Source of the DNA: Bdellovibrionota bacterium | GTDB taxonomy: Bacteria; Bdellovibrionota_G; JALEGL01; DATDPG01 | Assembly: GCA_963668355.1 (NCBI GenBank) | Contig: OY764265.1 | Coordinates: 2,848,001 to 2,912,000 of the forward strand | Direction: 5' to 3' | Length of the DNA stretch: 64,000 nt | Shown here: positions 44,281 to 54,142 of the stretch, in pieces | Numbering within the stretch: the stretch's first letter is position 1 | How the letters are laid out: each line of letters starts with the position of its first letter | Program-made: the position numbers and the translations under genes | The notes under the pieces: model-generated | Databases searched by the model: none | The model's input: the letters and a program-made list of their open reading frames with translations, nothing else | Told to the model about the DNA's origin: nothing

Positions 44281-46392
44281 ATGCTTCGTCATCACACACT
44301 CACCATCGATACCGACAACGTCGCGACGCTTTCTCTAGATCTTGAGGGAAAAAAGGCCAATGTGCTTTGCACCGAACTGGTGGAAGAACTCTTAAGAACC
44401 ATGAAAAAGCTTCGCTCCACTCAGGAGATTTCGGGGCTTTTGATCAAAAGTGCCAAACCCAACACATTCATCGCGGGAGCGGACGTCCACGAAATTTTTT
44501 CGATCTCAGATCCCACCTTGGCCCAAGAAAAGGCACGCCTGGGACAATCTCTCATGGACGCCCTGGCCGAACTCCCGTTTCCGACCATTGCCATCATTGA
44601 CGGTCCCTGCTTGGGTGGAGGACTGGAACTGGCCTTGGCCTGCACGCATCGAGTCGCAGGAAGTGGTGCACACGTGGAGTTGGCCTTACCGGAAGTTCAG
44701 CTTGGCATCATTCCGGGTTTTGGTGGAACCCAACGGCTACCCAAACTCATTGGTCTCATGAGTGCCTTGGATTTGATCTTAAGCGGGAGGCGTCTTTCTG
44801 GAAAAAAAGCCCTTCGCTTGGGATTGGTGGACCAGGTGGCTCCCACAGAAGCATTGGAAGCCGTTGCACGAACCTGGATCCGAGCCGAAAAACGAAAGAA
44901 GTTAAAAAAACACCCCCTTCTCCATCAAGTCATGGAGCGATTGAAACCGGCTCGAAGTTGGATATACAAACGCGCCCGAGAAAAGACCATTGCTCAAACG
45001 CAAGGACACTACCCTGCCCCTTTGGCCGCGCTGGACGTCATTGAAGACACCTTTCGAACACCGCAAGTCTATGGGTACGAAATCGAGGCTCGAAAGGTCG
45101 GTGAACTGATTGCTTCCCCGACATGCAAGGCGCTTCTCCACCTCTTTTTAGCCTCGGAAGAGATTCGAAAACAGAAAGGTCAACTGGCCTGCCCCCCATT
45201 TACGAAGATTGGATTGGTCGGTGCGGGAATCATGGGTGGCGGAATCGCGCAATTGGTTACCTCCAAAGGGTATCAACTGAGGATGAACGATCTTGATTGG
45301 CCTCCTCTGGGAAAGGCTTTAAATGTCGCACGGGAGTTGAACCAAAAACTCGTGAAACGAAAAAAGATCACGCCGCTTGAAGCTGAACACCGTCGTTTTC
45401 GAATCTCCCCCACCACCACATTGACGGGATTTCGAAAAGCGGAGTTCACCATTGAAGCCGTCGTAGAAGACATGAACATCAAAAAAGCGGTGTTCGCCGA
45501 ACTCGATCAAAAAGTAAAACCAGAGGCCATTTTGGCTTCGAACACATCGGCCCTTTCCATCACTGAGATTGCCACGGCAACCAACCATCCCGAACGCGTC
45601 ATTGGGATGCATTTTTTCAATCCCGTACACCGAATGCCCCTGGTGGAAATCGTTCGAGGAAAAGCTTCCTCGGATTTCGCAGTGGCATCCGGCATCGAGT
45701 TTGCGCTTCGCTTGGGAAAGGTTCCCATTGTCGTAACGGACCGGCCCGGATTCTTGATCAACCGGATACTGGGAATTTACCTCAACGAGGCTTGCCGAAT
45801 GGCCGAGGAAGGTATTCCCATTCCAGAGATTGAGCATTCCATGAAAGCGTTTGGAATGCCCATGGGACCGTTCCAACTCATGGACGAAGTGGGCATTGAT
45901 ATCGCCGAAAAAGTTGGGGACTACCTATGTGATGCGTATGAGCATTTTCCAAATGCTTCCAGCTTGTTAGGCTTCCTAAGAGAGAAACAACTTTTAGGAA
46001 AAAAGACGCAAGAAGGGTTCTATCTCCACCAAGGAAAAACGCCTCATCTCAACGAAAACCTCATCAAGGAAGCCGTGAAAGTCCTGAGCGATGATCGCCC
46101 CTTTACCATGAATGAAGATCAATTCTCCGGATTGTCCGACCGGATGACTCTCCTTATGCTCAATGAAGCTGGGAGATGTCTGGAGGAAGGCGTGGTGGAT
46201 AAGGAAAGTGATGTGGACATTGGAATGGTCTTTGGAACGGGTTTTGCTCCGTTCCGCGGAGGTCTCTTGAAGTATGGGGAAATGAGAGGTTGGTCGGATA
46301 TTTTAAGCCAACTGGAAACCATCGCTACGCGACATGGAAAACATTTCGCTCCGTGCGCATATTTAAAAAACAAAGTTAAACCGGAAGTTTAG
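44281..46392 (+). CDS. fadJ: Fatty acid oxidation complex alpha subunit (FadJ-like)
   Basis: FIAGAD, GGGLELALAC, PGFGGTQRL, GAGIMGGG, SNTSAL, HFFNP. Confidence 0.9.
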   Translation: MLRHHTLTIDTDNVATLSLDLEGKKANVLCTELVEELLRTMKKLRSTQEISGLLIKSAKPNTFIAGADVHEIFSISDPTLAQEKARLGQSLMDALAELPFPTIAIIDGPCLGGGLELALACTHRVAGSGAHVELALPEVQLGIIPGFGGTQRLPKLIGLMSALDLILSGRRLSGKKALRLGLVDQVAPTEALEAVARTWIRAEKRKKLKKHPLLHQVMERLKPARSWIYKRAREKTIAQTQGHYPAPLAALDVIEDTFRTPQVYGYEIEARKVGELIASPTCKALLHLFLASEEIRKQKGQLACPPFTKIGLVGAGIMGGGIAQLVTSKGYQLRMNDLDWPPLGKALNVARELNQKLVKRKKITPLEAEHRRFRISPTTTLTGFRKAEFTIEAVVEDMNIKKAVFAELDQKVKPEAILASNTSALSITEIATATNHPERVIGMHFFNPVHRMPLVEIVRGKASSDFAVASGIEFALRLGKVPIVVTDRPGFLINRILGIYLNEACRMAEEGIPIPEIEHSMKAFGMPMGPFQLMDEVGIDIAEKVGDYLCDAYEHFPNASSLLGFLREKQLLGKKTQEGFYLHQGKTPHLNENLIKEAVKVLSDDRPFTMNEDQFSGLSDRMTLLMLNEAGRCLEEGVVDKESDVDIGMVFGTGFAPFRGGLLKYGEMRGWSDILSQLETIATRHGKHFAPCAYLKNKVKPEV

Positions 46393-46497
46393 ACGTCCAA
46401 TGCAAGCCATCACATTAGGTCTTTTTTTCCTTGTATCCTTGTCGTTGGAGCCACCCAAAAAATTGACACCCCCAACGCGTCGTGTTACCGATTTCTC

Positions 46498-47142
46498 ATG
46501 ACAAAGCTTGTATGGGTTTGTGCACTTTCCTTCACCATGCTGTTGGTGAGCTGTGGAAATGATCCCAAATATTGGGGACGAGGACAGGCTGTTCGGATTC
46601 AGCCGGCACGTGCCCAATTCGTTTTGGGTCCCATCCAAACCGCTGCATCTCTTCGAGAGTGGAATCAGTTCCAAAACGCGTTAACCACACATGTCTGGCA
46701 TGGTTTTGATTGGAGAGCCAATCACCCCACCCTCGTCGCGGGATCAAATCTTCAGATCTATCCCTACAACGACCGCTTCCGTTTCAATCTTTATTCTTCG
46801 GAGGGCTATTTATTCGTCGGAGAAATTCATCGAAGAAATCCCCGGATGGCCTTTCGCCCCGTTTTTCGGGGAATGATCTTGAGTGTATTCCAACCGGTTC
46901 GAACTCCTCGCTGTCGTGGATACCTCCCGAGCTGGAGAATGCCTCTTCCCAACCCCTGCTTCATTGCCATGTCACCTCCTCGAGGAAACCCCATCATTTA
47001 TGGATCCTTGGGCCAAGAAGAAGATCTGGGAAAAGTTCTCACGCTTGAAATTCAAAACCCTCCCTTGGAAATGTGGGGACAGGCTCCCGAGAAACTGGAA
47101 TTTCTGCAAACGCCCGTAGCCAAGGACGTTGAGAACTTTTAG
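46498..47142 (+). CDS. Hypothetical lipoprotein
   Basis: Lipobox LVSC, 214 aa, TTGACA upstream; no family recognised. Confidence 0.6.
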   Translation: MTKLVWVCALSFTMLLVSCGNDPKYWGRGQAVRIQPARAQFVLGPIQTAASLREWNQFQNALTTHVWHGFDWRANHPTLVAGSNLQIYPYNDRFRFNLYSSEGYLFVGEIHRRNPRMAFRPVFRGMILSVFQPVRTPRCRGYLPSWRMPLPNPCFIAMSPPRGNPIIYGSLGQEEDLGKVLTLEIQNPPLEMWGQAPEKLEFLQTPVAKDVENF

Positions 47143-47284
47143 TTGGCTGAATTTTCTGATTGAATTCAGATACTTACAAGCTAAAACAAAAACTTCGCTT
47201 AAAGCTTGCATGCACGCTCGTTTCGGATATCTAGGTTATGTAGGGTTGTTTTGAAAAGCTAAAATTGTGTTGAACTGAGGCGAT

Positions 47285-47530
47285 ATGAGCAGCGATCAAA
47301 TTCGAGAACTTCTGACGACCATCGCAAAGAATCTGGTGGATCAACCGGATCAGATTTCCATTAACGAGCTTCACTCGGATCAAGCGTTCATCTTTGAACT
47401 ATCTGTTGCAAAAAGTGATGTCGGAAAAGTCATTGGGCGTGGTGGAAAAACCGCCATGGCCATTCGTTCCATCTTGGAAGCTGCAAGTGGAAAGTATAAG
47501 CGCCGCGTGATTTTAGAAATCCTCGAATAG
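47285..47530 (+). CDS. khpA: KhpA-like single-KH-domain RNA-binding protein
   Basis: LVDQPDQI, DVGKVIGRGGKTA.AIRSIL, LEILE. Confidence 0.9.
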   Translation: MSSDQIRELLTTIAKNLVDQPDQISINELHSDQAFIFELSVAKSDVGKVIGRGGKTAMAIRSILEAASGKYKRRVILEILE

Positions 47531-47532
47531 GT

Positions 47533-49467
47533 TTACTGTTTTCGGCAATCGTTTGGATTTTTCCTTCTTTTTGAGTCATACAGACATTTGTATCGTCCCC
47601 CGGGAGCTACCCTTAACGTAAACTCGTAGGCATCTCGATTCCCCGAAAGAAACTCGTACCGAATTCTGCGCCGACCTGGCTGGATGGGGTGACTGTACAC
47701 GGGGGTATTGTCGATTTTTTTGCCATCCACCCAGAGTACGGAATAGGGTTTTGTACCCACCGTCAACCTCCCCGGCTTCTTGGCAGAACCCAGCTTGGCT
47801 GGCGGACCGACCACCGGTATTTTTTTGCGAGTTGCTCGTTTTCTCTCCAAAACCAACCGCAAATTGATCTGTTTCGGAAATTTTGTGGACACGCTGCGTC
47901 TTTCCGTTTCATATCCGTTTTTGAACAACTCAATCGAATAGGTTTTCCCCACTTGTAAGGAGGAAATCAAGAGTGGCGTTTGTTGTTCCAGAAGATCCTC
48001 TCCCACTTTGACTCGAGCTCCAGGCGGGTCCGTTTCCACATTAACCGTGAACATTTTCGGGGAAGGTTTTTGAGTGGGAACCGGGGTTGGTTTTTCCAGA
48101 GGCGCTTTCTCAGGACGCGAGGCCTCCGTCAAGGGAGGAGAAATTACGTTAGGATCCTCGGCCTCATTTCTGAAAATGACCAAGACCAGGGTTAATACCA
48201 GCAACATGGTTCCCAAGACGGCATATAAGAACGGAGGAATCTGACGAAGAATTCTTCCCACTTCCGCTTGAATCCCATAACGAAGATTGCGCCATTTCAT
48301 GACGACATTCGAAAAAATCGAGGATTTCGTTAAAACCGTCCGTGGAGACGTATCTTGAGAAGAAACATTCGTTTCCCCTCCAATCACCTCCCCAGAAAGC
48401 ACCTTCTCCGGCGAACTCAACTCGTATTGCGGGTTCGCCGCAAAAACCTGGGATCGGGTGGTTTCACCATAAGAGGGGGCCCCCGGCTCGAAACCCGTCA
48501 CTTCGGTTTCCTCCCTCTTCTCTTCCATTTCCCGTTTGTAATATCTGCGCAAAAAACCGATGAGATCCGTATGAGTGACCCTTATTTTTCGTCCAGCCGG
48601 AGACCATCGAATCAAAAATTCGTTGAGGGCATCCACAAACTCTTCTGCCCTTTGAAAGCGCTTTTCCAAATCGGCATCAAGAGCCTTGTTCAAAATCGCC
48701 TCAAGCTCTCGAGGCACCGTGGGTCGGATTTTTCGAACCGAAGGAATATTGGCCTCCCGGATCATCCGCAAGGCCTCCGGCACCGAATCGGCTTTAAACA
48801 GGCGCTCCCCCGTAACCAATTCCCAAAAAATAATCCCTAAGGAAAAAAGATCACTTCGGCAATCCAGCTGAAGGTTTGCACGAGTTTGTTCCGGCGACAT
48901 ATAGCCCGTTTTTCCCCGAATGATTCCGATTTCCGTTTTATGGGATTGGTTGGATGCCTTGGAAATTCCGAAATCGACAATCTTCACTTCCCCGTCAAAT
49001 GAAACCAAGATGTTTGCAGGGCTAATGTCTCGATGTACGATATTTAAGGGCTTCCCCGATTCATCGAGTTTCCGATGGGCGTAAGCCAATCCGGTACCAA
49101 TTTCCCGAACGATGTGAACAACGAGATCCAACGTAAATTGATCGTTGTCTTTCCTCACTCGCTTAAAAAGATTTTTGAGGGTTGTCCCCTCCACAAAATC
49201 CATGGCAATGAAGTAGGAATCATCGATTTTTCCAAATTCCACGATGGGCACGATTGAGGGATGATTCAAATGAACCATGAGTTTCGCCTCGTCAATCAAC
49301 AGCGAAATAAACTCCTCATCATTCGAATACTGCGGAAGAATTCGTTTAATGGCCAATGTATAATGATGACCATCAACCCCCAAAGCCAAAGCTTTAAAGA
49401 TCTCCGCCATTCCACCCGTCGCAATTTTTTCGACGAGAATATATTTTCCAAAACGTGTGTGTTCCAT
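47533..49467 (-). CDS. Hanks-type Ser/Thr kinase with TM helix and C-terminal PEGA-like domains
   Basis: GGMAEIF, AIKRI, HRDISPAN, DFG, YMSPEQ; TM; VETDPPGARV and VGTKPYSVLWVDG. Confidence 0.93.
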   Translation of the reverse strand: MEHTRFGKYILVEKIATGGMAEIFKALALGVDGHHYTLAIKRILPQYSNDEEFISLLIDEAKLMVHLNHPSIVPIVEFGKIDDSYFIAMDFVEGTTLKNLFKRVRKDNDQFTLDLVVHIVREIGTGLAYAHRKLDESGKPLNIVHRDISPANILVSFDGEVKIVDFGISKASNQSHKTEIGIIRGKTGYMSPEQTRANLQLDCRSDLFSLGIIFWELVTGERLFKADSVPEALRMIREANIPSVRKIRPTVPRELEAILNKALDADLEKRFQRAEEFVDALNEFLIRWSPAGRKIRVTHTDLIGFLRRYYKREMEEKREETEVTGFEPGAPSYGETTRSQVFAANPQYELSSPEKVLSGEVIGGETNVSSQDTSPRTVLTKSSIFSNVVMKWRNLRYGIQAEVGRILRQIPPFLYAVLGTMLLVLTLVLVIFRNEAEDPNVISPPLTEASRPEKAPLEKPTPVPTQKPSPKMFTVNVETDPPGARVKVGEDLLEQQTPLLISSLQVGKTYSIELFKNGYETERRSVSTKFPKQINLRLVLERKRATRKKIPVVGPPAKLGSAKKPGRLTVGTKPYSVLWVDGKKIDNTPVYSHPIQPGRRRIRYEFLSGNRDAYEFTLRVAPGGRYKCLYDSKRRKNPNDCRKQ

Positions 49468-52400
49468 TTAATCTGAGTCTTTCAACCCCCGCCATTCTCT
49501 CATGGCGTACCGATTCTGCCTTACGGAGTTGAGAAAACTTTCCCGATATGCCTCTTCCTTGATCTGCGACGCCCTGCTTTCAATGAGGTGCACCATCGTT
49601 CGGAGGATTTCTTTCGCCTCCTCTGCACGACCAAGTTCTTTCAAGATATGATAATGATTGATGTAAGCATCTTCCTCGGACCCCTCTACTCCTTGGGGGT
49701 TTTCTTTGACCAAAGAGAGAGCTTCCTCACTATGTGCCAAAGCTTTCTCGGATTCTCCTTGAATGAAGAAGGACCTCGCCAAACTGGAAAGAGCTTTCAC
49801 TCGAGCTGAAACCAATTTTTGTTCACGACCAATCGCCAAAGCCTCCGAAGCGAACTCTATGGCCTTTTTCAGGCAACCGGAATCTGACTCCCCTCTTTTC
49901 CGATAAATGACAGAAAGGTTATTGAGGTTTTCGCTCAAAAGATAATTACTCCCCACCTCCCGCGCAATTTTTTCACCCGAGGAAAAATGTTCCAACGCTC
50001 TCTCGTATTCGCCCAAATGAAGATAGGCGACGCCGATATTGACCAAATCATAGCCCTCTCCAGCGCGGTCCCGAATATCTTGGCGAAGATCAATGGCTTG
50101 TTCATAACATTTCAGGGCTTCTTCATACTGACCGAGTTTATGGTGAATCACCCCAATGTTCCCAATCGTAGCCGCTTGATTTTTTCGAAATCCAATTTCA
50201 CGGAAAATGTTATGGCTCTTTCGCAATAAAGCCAGTGCCTCACTGTAATTTCCCAAAGTCCAGTGAACCAGGCCCTGATTACCCAAAGACACCCCTTCAC
50301 TTCGCCGATTTCCAATCTTCGTCACAATTTCATGAGATTGTTGATAATAAGACAACGCCTCATGAGGCTTTCCCATGTTGAAGTAAACAAGGCCAATGAC
50401 ATTGAGAAAATCCCCACGAGCACTATCTTCTCCCAAGACCTCTGAAATCCTTAACCCTTCCGCATAATGATTCAGAGCACACGGATAATCCCCCACGCTA
50501 TAGCAGGCAATGCCCAAGGTTCGAGTCAAATCCATGCGTAAGCTGGATTCTTGTCCCTTTTCTCCCATTTCTTCCAAACCGCGTTCGGCATGTTCTTTCG
50601 CTTCTTTAAATTTTCCAAGAGCTACCAAATACATGGCCCAAAAAGATGAGATTCGCGCTTTTAATTTCTTTTCAGGATTTAGCTTAGCAATATCCTCAAG
50701 CTCTTGAATGCATCGCAATTGATCCTTGCGTTGCCCCAAAAAATCATAAACTTTCACTTCAAACTCACGCAAACGAACATCTCGCTTAAAATTTTCTGGA
50801 GACTCCAAGGTACTGGCCAAGACCTTTCTTAAATCCAGGATCAGTTGAAGCGCCTCACGAGGGGCACATTGTCGAACCAATTGATCCACCCCCGTCATCC
50901 CATAATGGATGGCTTTCTCTTCCATTCCAGCATTTGAGAAGTGCTGATAGAGCAACATGGCGTGAATATCCAAAGGATCTCCATAAACCTTTTCGAATGC
51001 CTTTCCGACAAGCTCGTGAAGGATTTTCTTGTTGTGATTTAGGAGCGTGGAATAGACCACCTCTTGGGTCAATGCATGCCGAAAGGCTACCTCTTTCCCC
51101 AAGGCCCCCTCTTCTTTTCTCCGGAAAATGAATCCCAACTCTTCCAAAGTACTTAAATATTCTTCAATGGAAGCGTCTTGAAGCCCCATGTGAGACGCGA
51201 CGTTGAAAAGAACTTTCAAAGGAACCGATTCACCGACAACAGCCATGGTCATCAAGACTTCCTTTGTGTCGGGGGAAAGTCGATCAATTCTTCCCAACAG
51301 AATCAAGTTCACCGTTTCCGGCAAAGTGGCCTCCTCGATGAGACGAGTTATTTCCCAGCTGTCATCTTCCCGACGCTTTAGAATCCCCTCATCCACCAAG
51401 GACTGAATCAATTCTTCCATAAAAAAGGGATTTCCACCGCTCCGACGAACCAAAAGCAATTGTTCTTTGGCGGTCAGGGATGTCGGACCCAACACATTTC
51501 GCAGAATCCCTTTGCAATCTTTATCTGAAAGAGGAGTCAACCGAACTTCTTGCAGATTAAAAACGGTTTGAAAACCTGCACTCGGCTGAAAACTGGGCCT
51601 GTATGTAAACAAGAAAAAGATGGGAAAGTCCTTGGGAAAGTTCTCGGCCAAAAACTCCAGAGCCTCTTGAGACGCAGAGTCCATCAACTGAAGATCTTCC
51701 AAAACGATCATCAAAAGTTTTTCGTTTTTCTTCTTCGCAAAGGTGGCCAAACGTTCAAAGGCATAACGAATGGCCAGTTGGATTTCGAGCTTCAGGGCTT
51801 TGGGCTCCAACGTTTTCATTCGCTCATCCGCTTCCGCATTTCCCGCCACATATTGAATGACCGGTTTTAAACGCGTGACATTCTCTTTCACCTCATCGGA
51901 AACATCGAACAAGAATTGGCCAAACTCCTCGTTCGCCAACATCTTCCGAAAAACATCTTGAAAAAGGACCAGGGGCTGAGCTTGAAGGGCCGCAATATTG
52001 GACTTCAAAACAATTCCCATCCCGCCTTTTTTGTTTTGTTGATAGGGTCGAATGAACTCATGAATCAGCCGAGACTTCCCAACTCCGGCCGGAGCCGAGA
52101 AAGCCACGCCAACCAAACCTTCGCCCTGTCTGCTCAGCTGTGTGGCTGTTTTCTTTAAAAGATCCTCCTCGGTTTTTCGACGCACATATCCACTTCTCTT
52201 AGTAAATGGAGAGCGTTCCCATCTCTCAGCACGATTGGGATTTAAGCCCTTCACGCAAAACACGGATATGGGCTGACTCTTCCCTTTCACCGTAATATTC
52301 CCCAGGTTTTCGTATAAAAACCCGTCTCCAGCGGCCTTTTTGACCGAGTCACTGATCATGATTTGGTTGGTCGGAGCTGCGGTCTCCAAGCGGGAAGCTA

Positions 52401-52899
52401 AATTCACGGCATCGCCCATCACAGTAAAATCTTGGTCCCGCCCCTTCCCAATTCGACCTGTAACCACCAAGCCGGAATTCACGCCCACGCGAATTCCAAT
52501 TTTAATTTCTCGCTGCGCTAAAATCCGATTGATCTCATTGAACTTCTCCTGCATTCCCAGAGCGGCTCTCAACGCATTTTCACAATCCTGATCGGAGGCT
52601 TGTCGACTGCCAAAAAGGGCCATCATCCGATCCCCCTCATATTTGTCGATGTACCCCTGATACTTTTCAATTTCATTGGTGAGAATTTTGAAGCAATTAT
52701 CAATGATCAACTGCACGTCTTCAGGGTCCAATTTCTCACTCATGGCTGTAAAACCCTGAATATCCAAGAAAAGAATCGTGACCGTTCGCCGCTCCCCCTC
52801 TTTTAAGCGTACCTGGGCCTTTTTCGGAGATGAGGCCGTCAGCTGAGACAGCTTATCCAAATCTGATTTAAGAACGTCTGACCAATTGGCCTCAAGCAT
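49468..52899 (-). CDS. Class III nucleotide cyclase-STAND ATPase-TPR protein
   Basis: LFLDIQGFT, DKYEGD, TVMGDAVNLASRLE; Walker A PAGVGKS, Walker B IVLED, SGGNPFF; tandem TPRs; start moved to ATG 52899. Confidence 0.92.
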   Translation of the reverse strand: MLEANWSDVLKSDLDKLSQLTASSPKKAQVRLKEGERRTVTILFLDIQGFTAMSEKLDPEDVQLIIDNCFKILTNEIEKYQGYIDKYEGDRMMALFGSRQASDQDCENALRAALGMQEKFNEINRILAQREIKIGIRVGVNSGLVVTGRIGKGRDQDFTVMGDAVNLASRLETAAPTNQIMISDSVKKAAGDGFLYENLGNITVKGKSQPISVFCVKGLNPNRAERWERSPFTKRSGYVRRKTEEDLLKKTATQLSRQGEGLVGVAFSAPAGVGKSRLIHEFIRPYQQNKKGGMGIVLKSNIAALQAQPLVLFQDVFRKMLANEEFGQFLFDVSDEVKENVTRLKPVIQYVAGNAEADERMKTLEPKALKLEIQLAIRYAFERLATFAKKKNEKLLMIVLEDLQLMDSASQEALEFLAENFPKDFPIFFLFTYRPSFQPSAGFQTVFNLQEVRLTPLSDKDCKGILRNVLGPTSLTAKEQLLLVRRSGGNPFFMEELIQSLVDEGILKRREDDSWEITRLIEEATLPETVNLILLGRIDRLSPDTKEVLMTMAVVGESVPLKVLFNVASHMGLQDASIEEYLSTLEELGFIFRRKEEGALGKEVAFRHALTQEVVYSTLLNHNKKILHELVGKAFEKVYGDPLDIHAMLLYQHFSNAGMEEKAIHYGMTGVDQLVRQCAPREALQLILDLRKVLASTLESPENFKRDVRLREFEVKVYDFLGQRKDQLRCIQELEDIAKLNPEKKLKARISSFWAMYLVALGKFKEAKEHAERGLEEMGEKGQESSLRMDLTRTLGIACYSVGDYPCALNHYAEGLRISEVLGEDSARGDFLNVIGLVYFNMGKPHEALSYYQQSHEIVTKIGNRRSEGVSLGNQGLVHWTLGNYSEALALLRKSHNIFREIGFRKNQAATIGNIGVIHHKLGQYEEALKCYEQAIDLRQDIRDRAGEGYDLVNIGVAYLHLGEYERALEHFSSGEKIAREVGSNYLLSENLNNLSVIYRKRGESDSGCLKKAIEFASEALAIGREQKLVSARVKALSSLARSFFIQGESEKALAHSEEALSLVKENPQGVEGSEEDAYINHYHILKELGRAEEAKEILRTMVHLIESRASQIKEEAYRESFLNSVRQNRYAMREWRGLKDSD

Positions 52900-53090
52900 A
52901 GATAGTTGAATTTTTTCATAATTTCGGGGTCCCCACAACCCTGAGGCCCCTTTGCTCTCCGGGAAAATAGGCCCGCCCCAACCCAGGCCAAGCGGGACAC
53001 GCACTCACCCATGTCCCACATCCAGTTTGTGCCCCAATCGAAACCCGAAATTATTTCAACAACTTACGATCGCCTTCCCCTTCGAAATTC

Positions 53091-53106
53091 TGGCATATGG
53101 AATGCA
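53091..53106 (+). promoter_or_regulatory. Sigma-54 -24/-12 promoter with upstream IHF-like box (53054-53066)
   Basis: TGGCATATGGAATGCA (GG-N10-GC); TTTCAACAACTTA resembles WATCAANNNNTTR. Confidence 0.6.
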
Positions 53107-53118
53107 AAGATCCTTCTC

Positions 53119-53349
53119 ATGCAAGGTAGAGCATTCAAACTCAAAGCGGGGCTGGTTGTAATGACCCTCTTATATGGAACTTCGGTAAATGCGGCCATTC
53201 GTTGGGTCTTGGAAACTCCTGCTCAGAACAAACAAGTAGCCTTTTCCGAAACGTTGGAAAAATCTTTCTCGAAGTTTCTAAAAGACTTGCGCGGATGGAC
53301 CCAACACGAAACCGAGAAAAAACTTCAAATCAAGCCTCGGAAGAAATGA
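53119..53349 (+). CDS. Small (76-aa) putative secreted protein
   Basis: In-frame ATG 53119 gives the signal-like MQGRAFKLKAGLVVMTLLYGTSVNA directly behind the sigma-54 motif. Confidence 0.5.
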   Translation: MQGRAFKLKAGLVVMTLLYGTSVNAAIRWVLETPAQNKQVAFSETLEKSFSKFLKDLRGWTQHETEKKLQIKPRKK

Positions 53350-54133
53350 TCCGAGTCAACATTCGAAGGGCTTGAATCATTCGAGGGCCCGGCCAGCAAA
53401 TATCTTCCCCACAGACTTCCTCGACTCTGACCGACTTCCCTGCCTCCATAAATTTCGTTTTCCAGAAATTCCGATCCTCCACCTTGAAGGGATAGGGTTC
53501 CGTCGGGAAAAGAATGATGTCTGGCGAGATCTCCATGATCTTATCTTCGCCGACTTCTGGATAACGACTCATTTCGGTTCCTAAGATATTTTCTCCACCA
53601 CAAAGGGTGATCAAATCGTGAATGTACGAATTTCCCCCAACACCGATCCATGGTTTTTTCCATATCAGTGTGAGGACCTTAGGTTTTTTCCATACTTCTT
53701 GAGCCTTCACTTTTTCCCACTCCACCTTGCAACAAGAGATCCAGGAATCCACCTTTTCGGGCTGTTCAACCAACCCCTTCATCTCTTCCAGCATCTGAAT
53801 GGTTTCTTCTACGGTCTTAGGATAGGTCAACCAAACAGGAATTCCTTTTTCTTGAATCGCCTCGATTTCTTCCTTCAGATTCTCTTCCTGATTGGCAATG
53901 ACGAGATCCGGTTTCAACGAAACAATTTTTGAAAGCTTGAGAGACTTTGGCCCACCCACACTGGGAACCGCCTCAACATAGGGCTTGGGTTCAATGCAGA
54001 AACGAGTTCTTCCAACGGGAGTGACACCGAACAAAAACAAGTTTTCGGTAATGCTTGGAACTACAGAAACGATTTTCTGAGGAATGGCAGGCAAATCAAG
54101 CGTTTCCCCGTTCGCTTGAGTGAATCGGATCAT
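53330..54133 (-). CDS. Helical-backbone metal receptor (BtuF/cobalamin-binding-like), no signal peptide
   Basis: PQKIVSVVPSITENL, GRTRFC, VGGPK, PDLVIANQEEN, EPYPF, WPGPR. Confidence 0.85.
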   Translation of the reverse strand: MIRFTQANGETLDLPAIPQKIVSVVPSITENLFLFGVTPVGRTRFCIEPKPYVEAVPSVGGPKSLKLSKIVSLKPDLVIANQEENLKEEIEAIQEKGIPVWLTYPKTVEETIQMLEEMKGLVEQPEKVDSWISCCKVEWEKVKAQEVWKKPKVLTLIWKKPWIGVGGNSYIHDLITLCGGENILGTEMSRYPEVGEDKIMEISPDIILFPTEPYPFKVEDRNFWKTKFMEAGKSVRVEEVCGEDICWPGPRMIQALRMLTRIISSEA

Positions 54134-54142
54134 TTATCGACT

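Noticed and set aside
49468..52899. Avs/NLR-type anti-phage system call
   Set aside because: Cyclase-STAND-TPR is a widespread signalling architecture; there is no toxic effector domain or defence-island context
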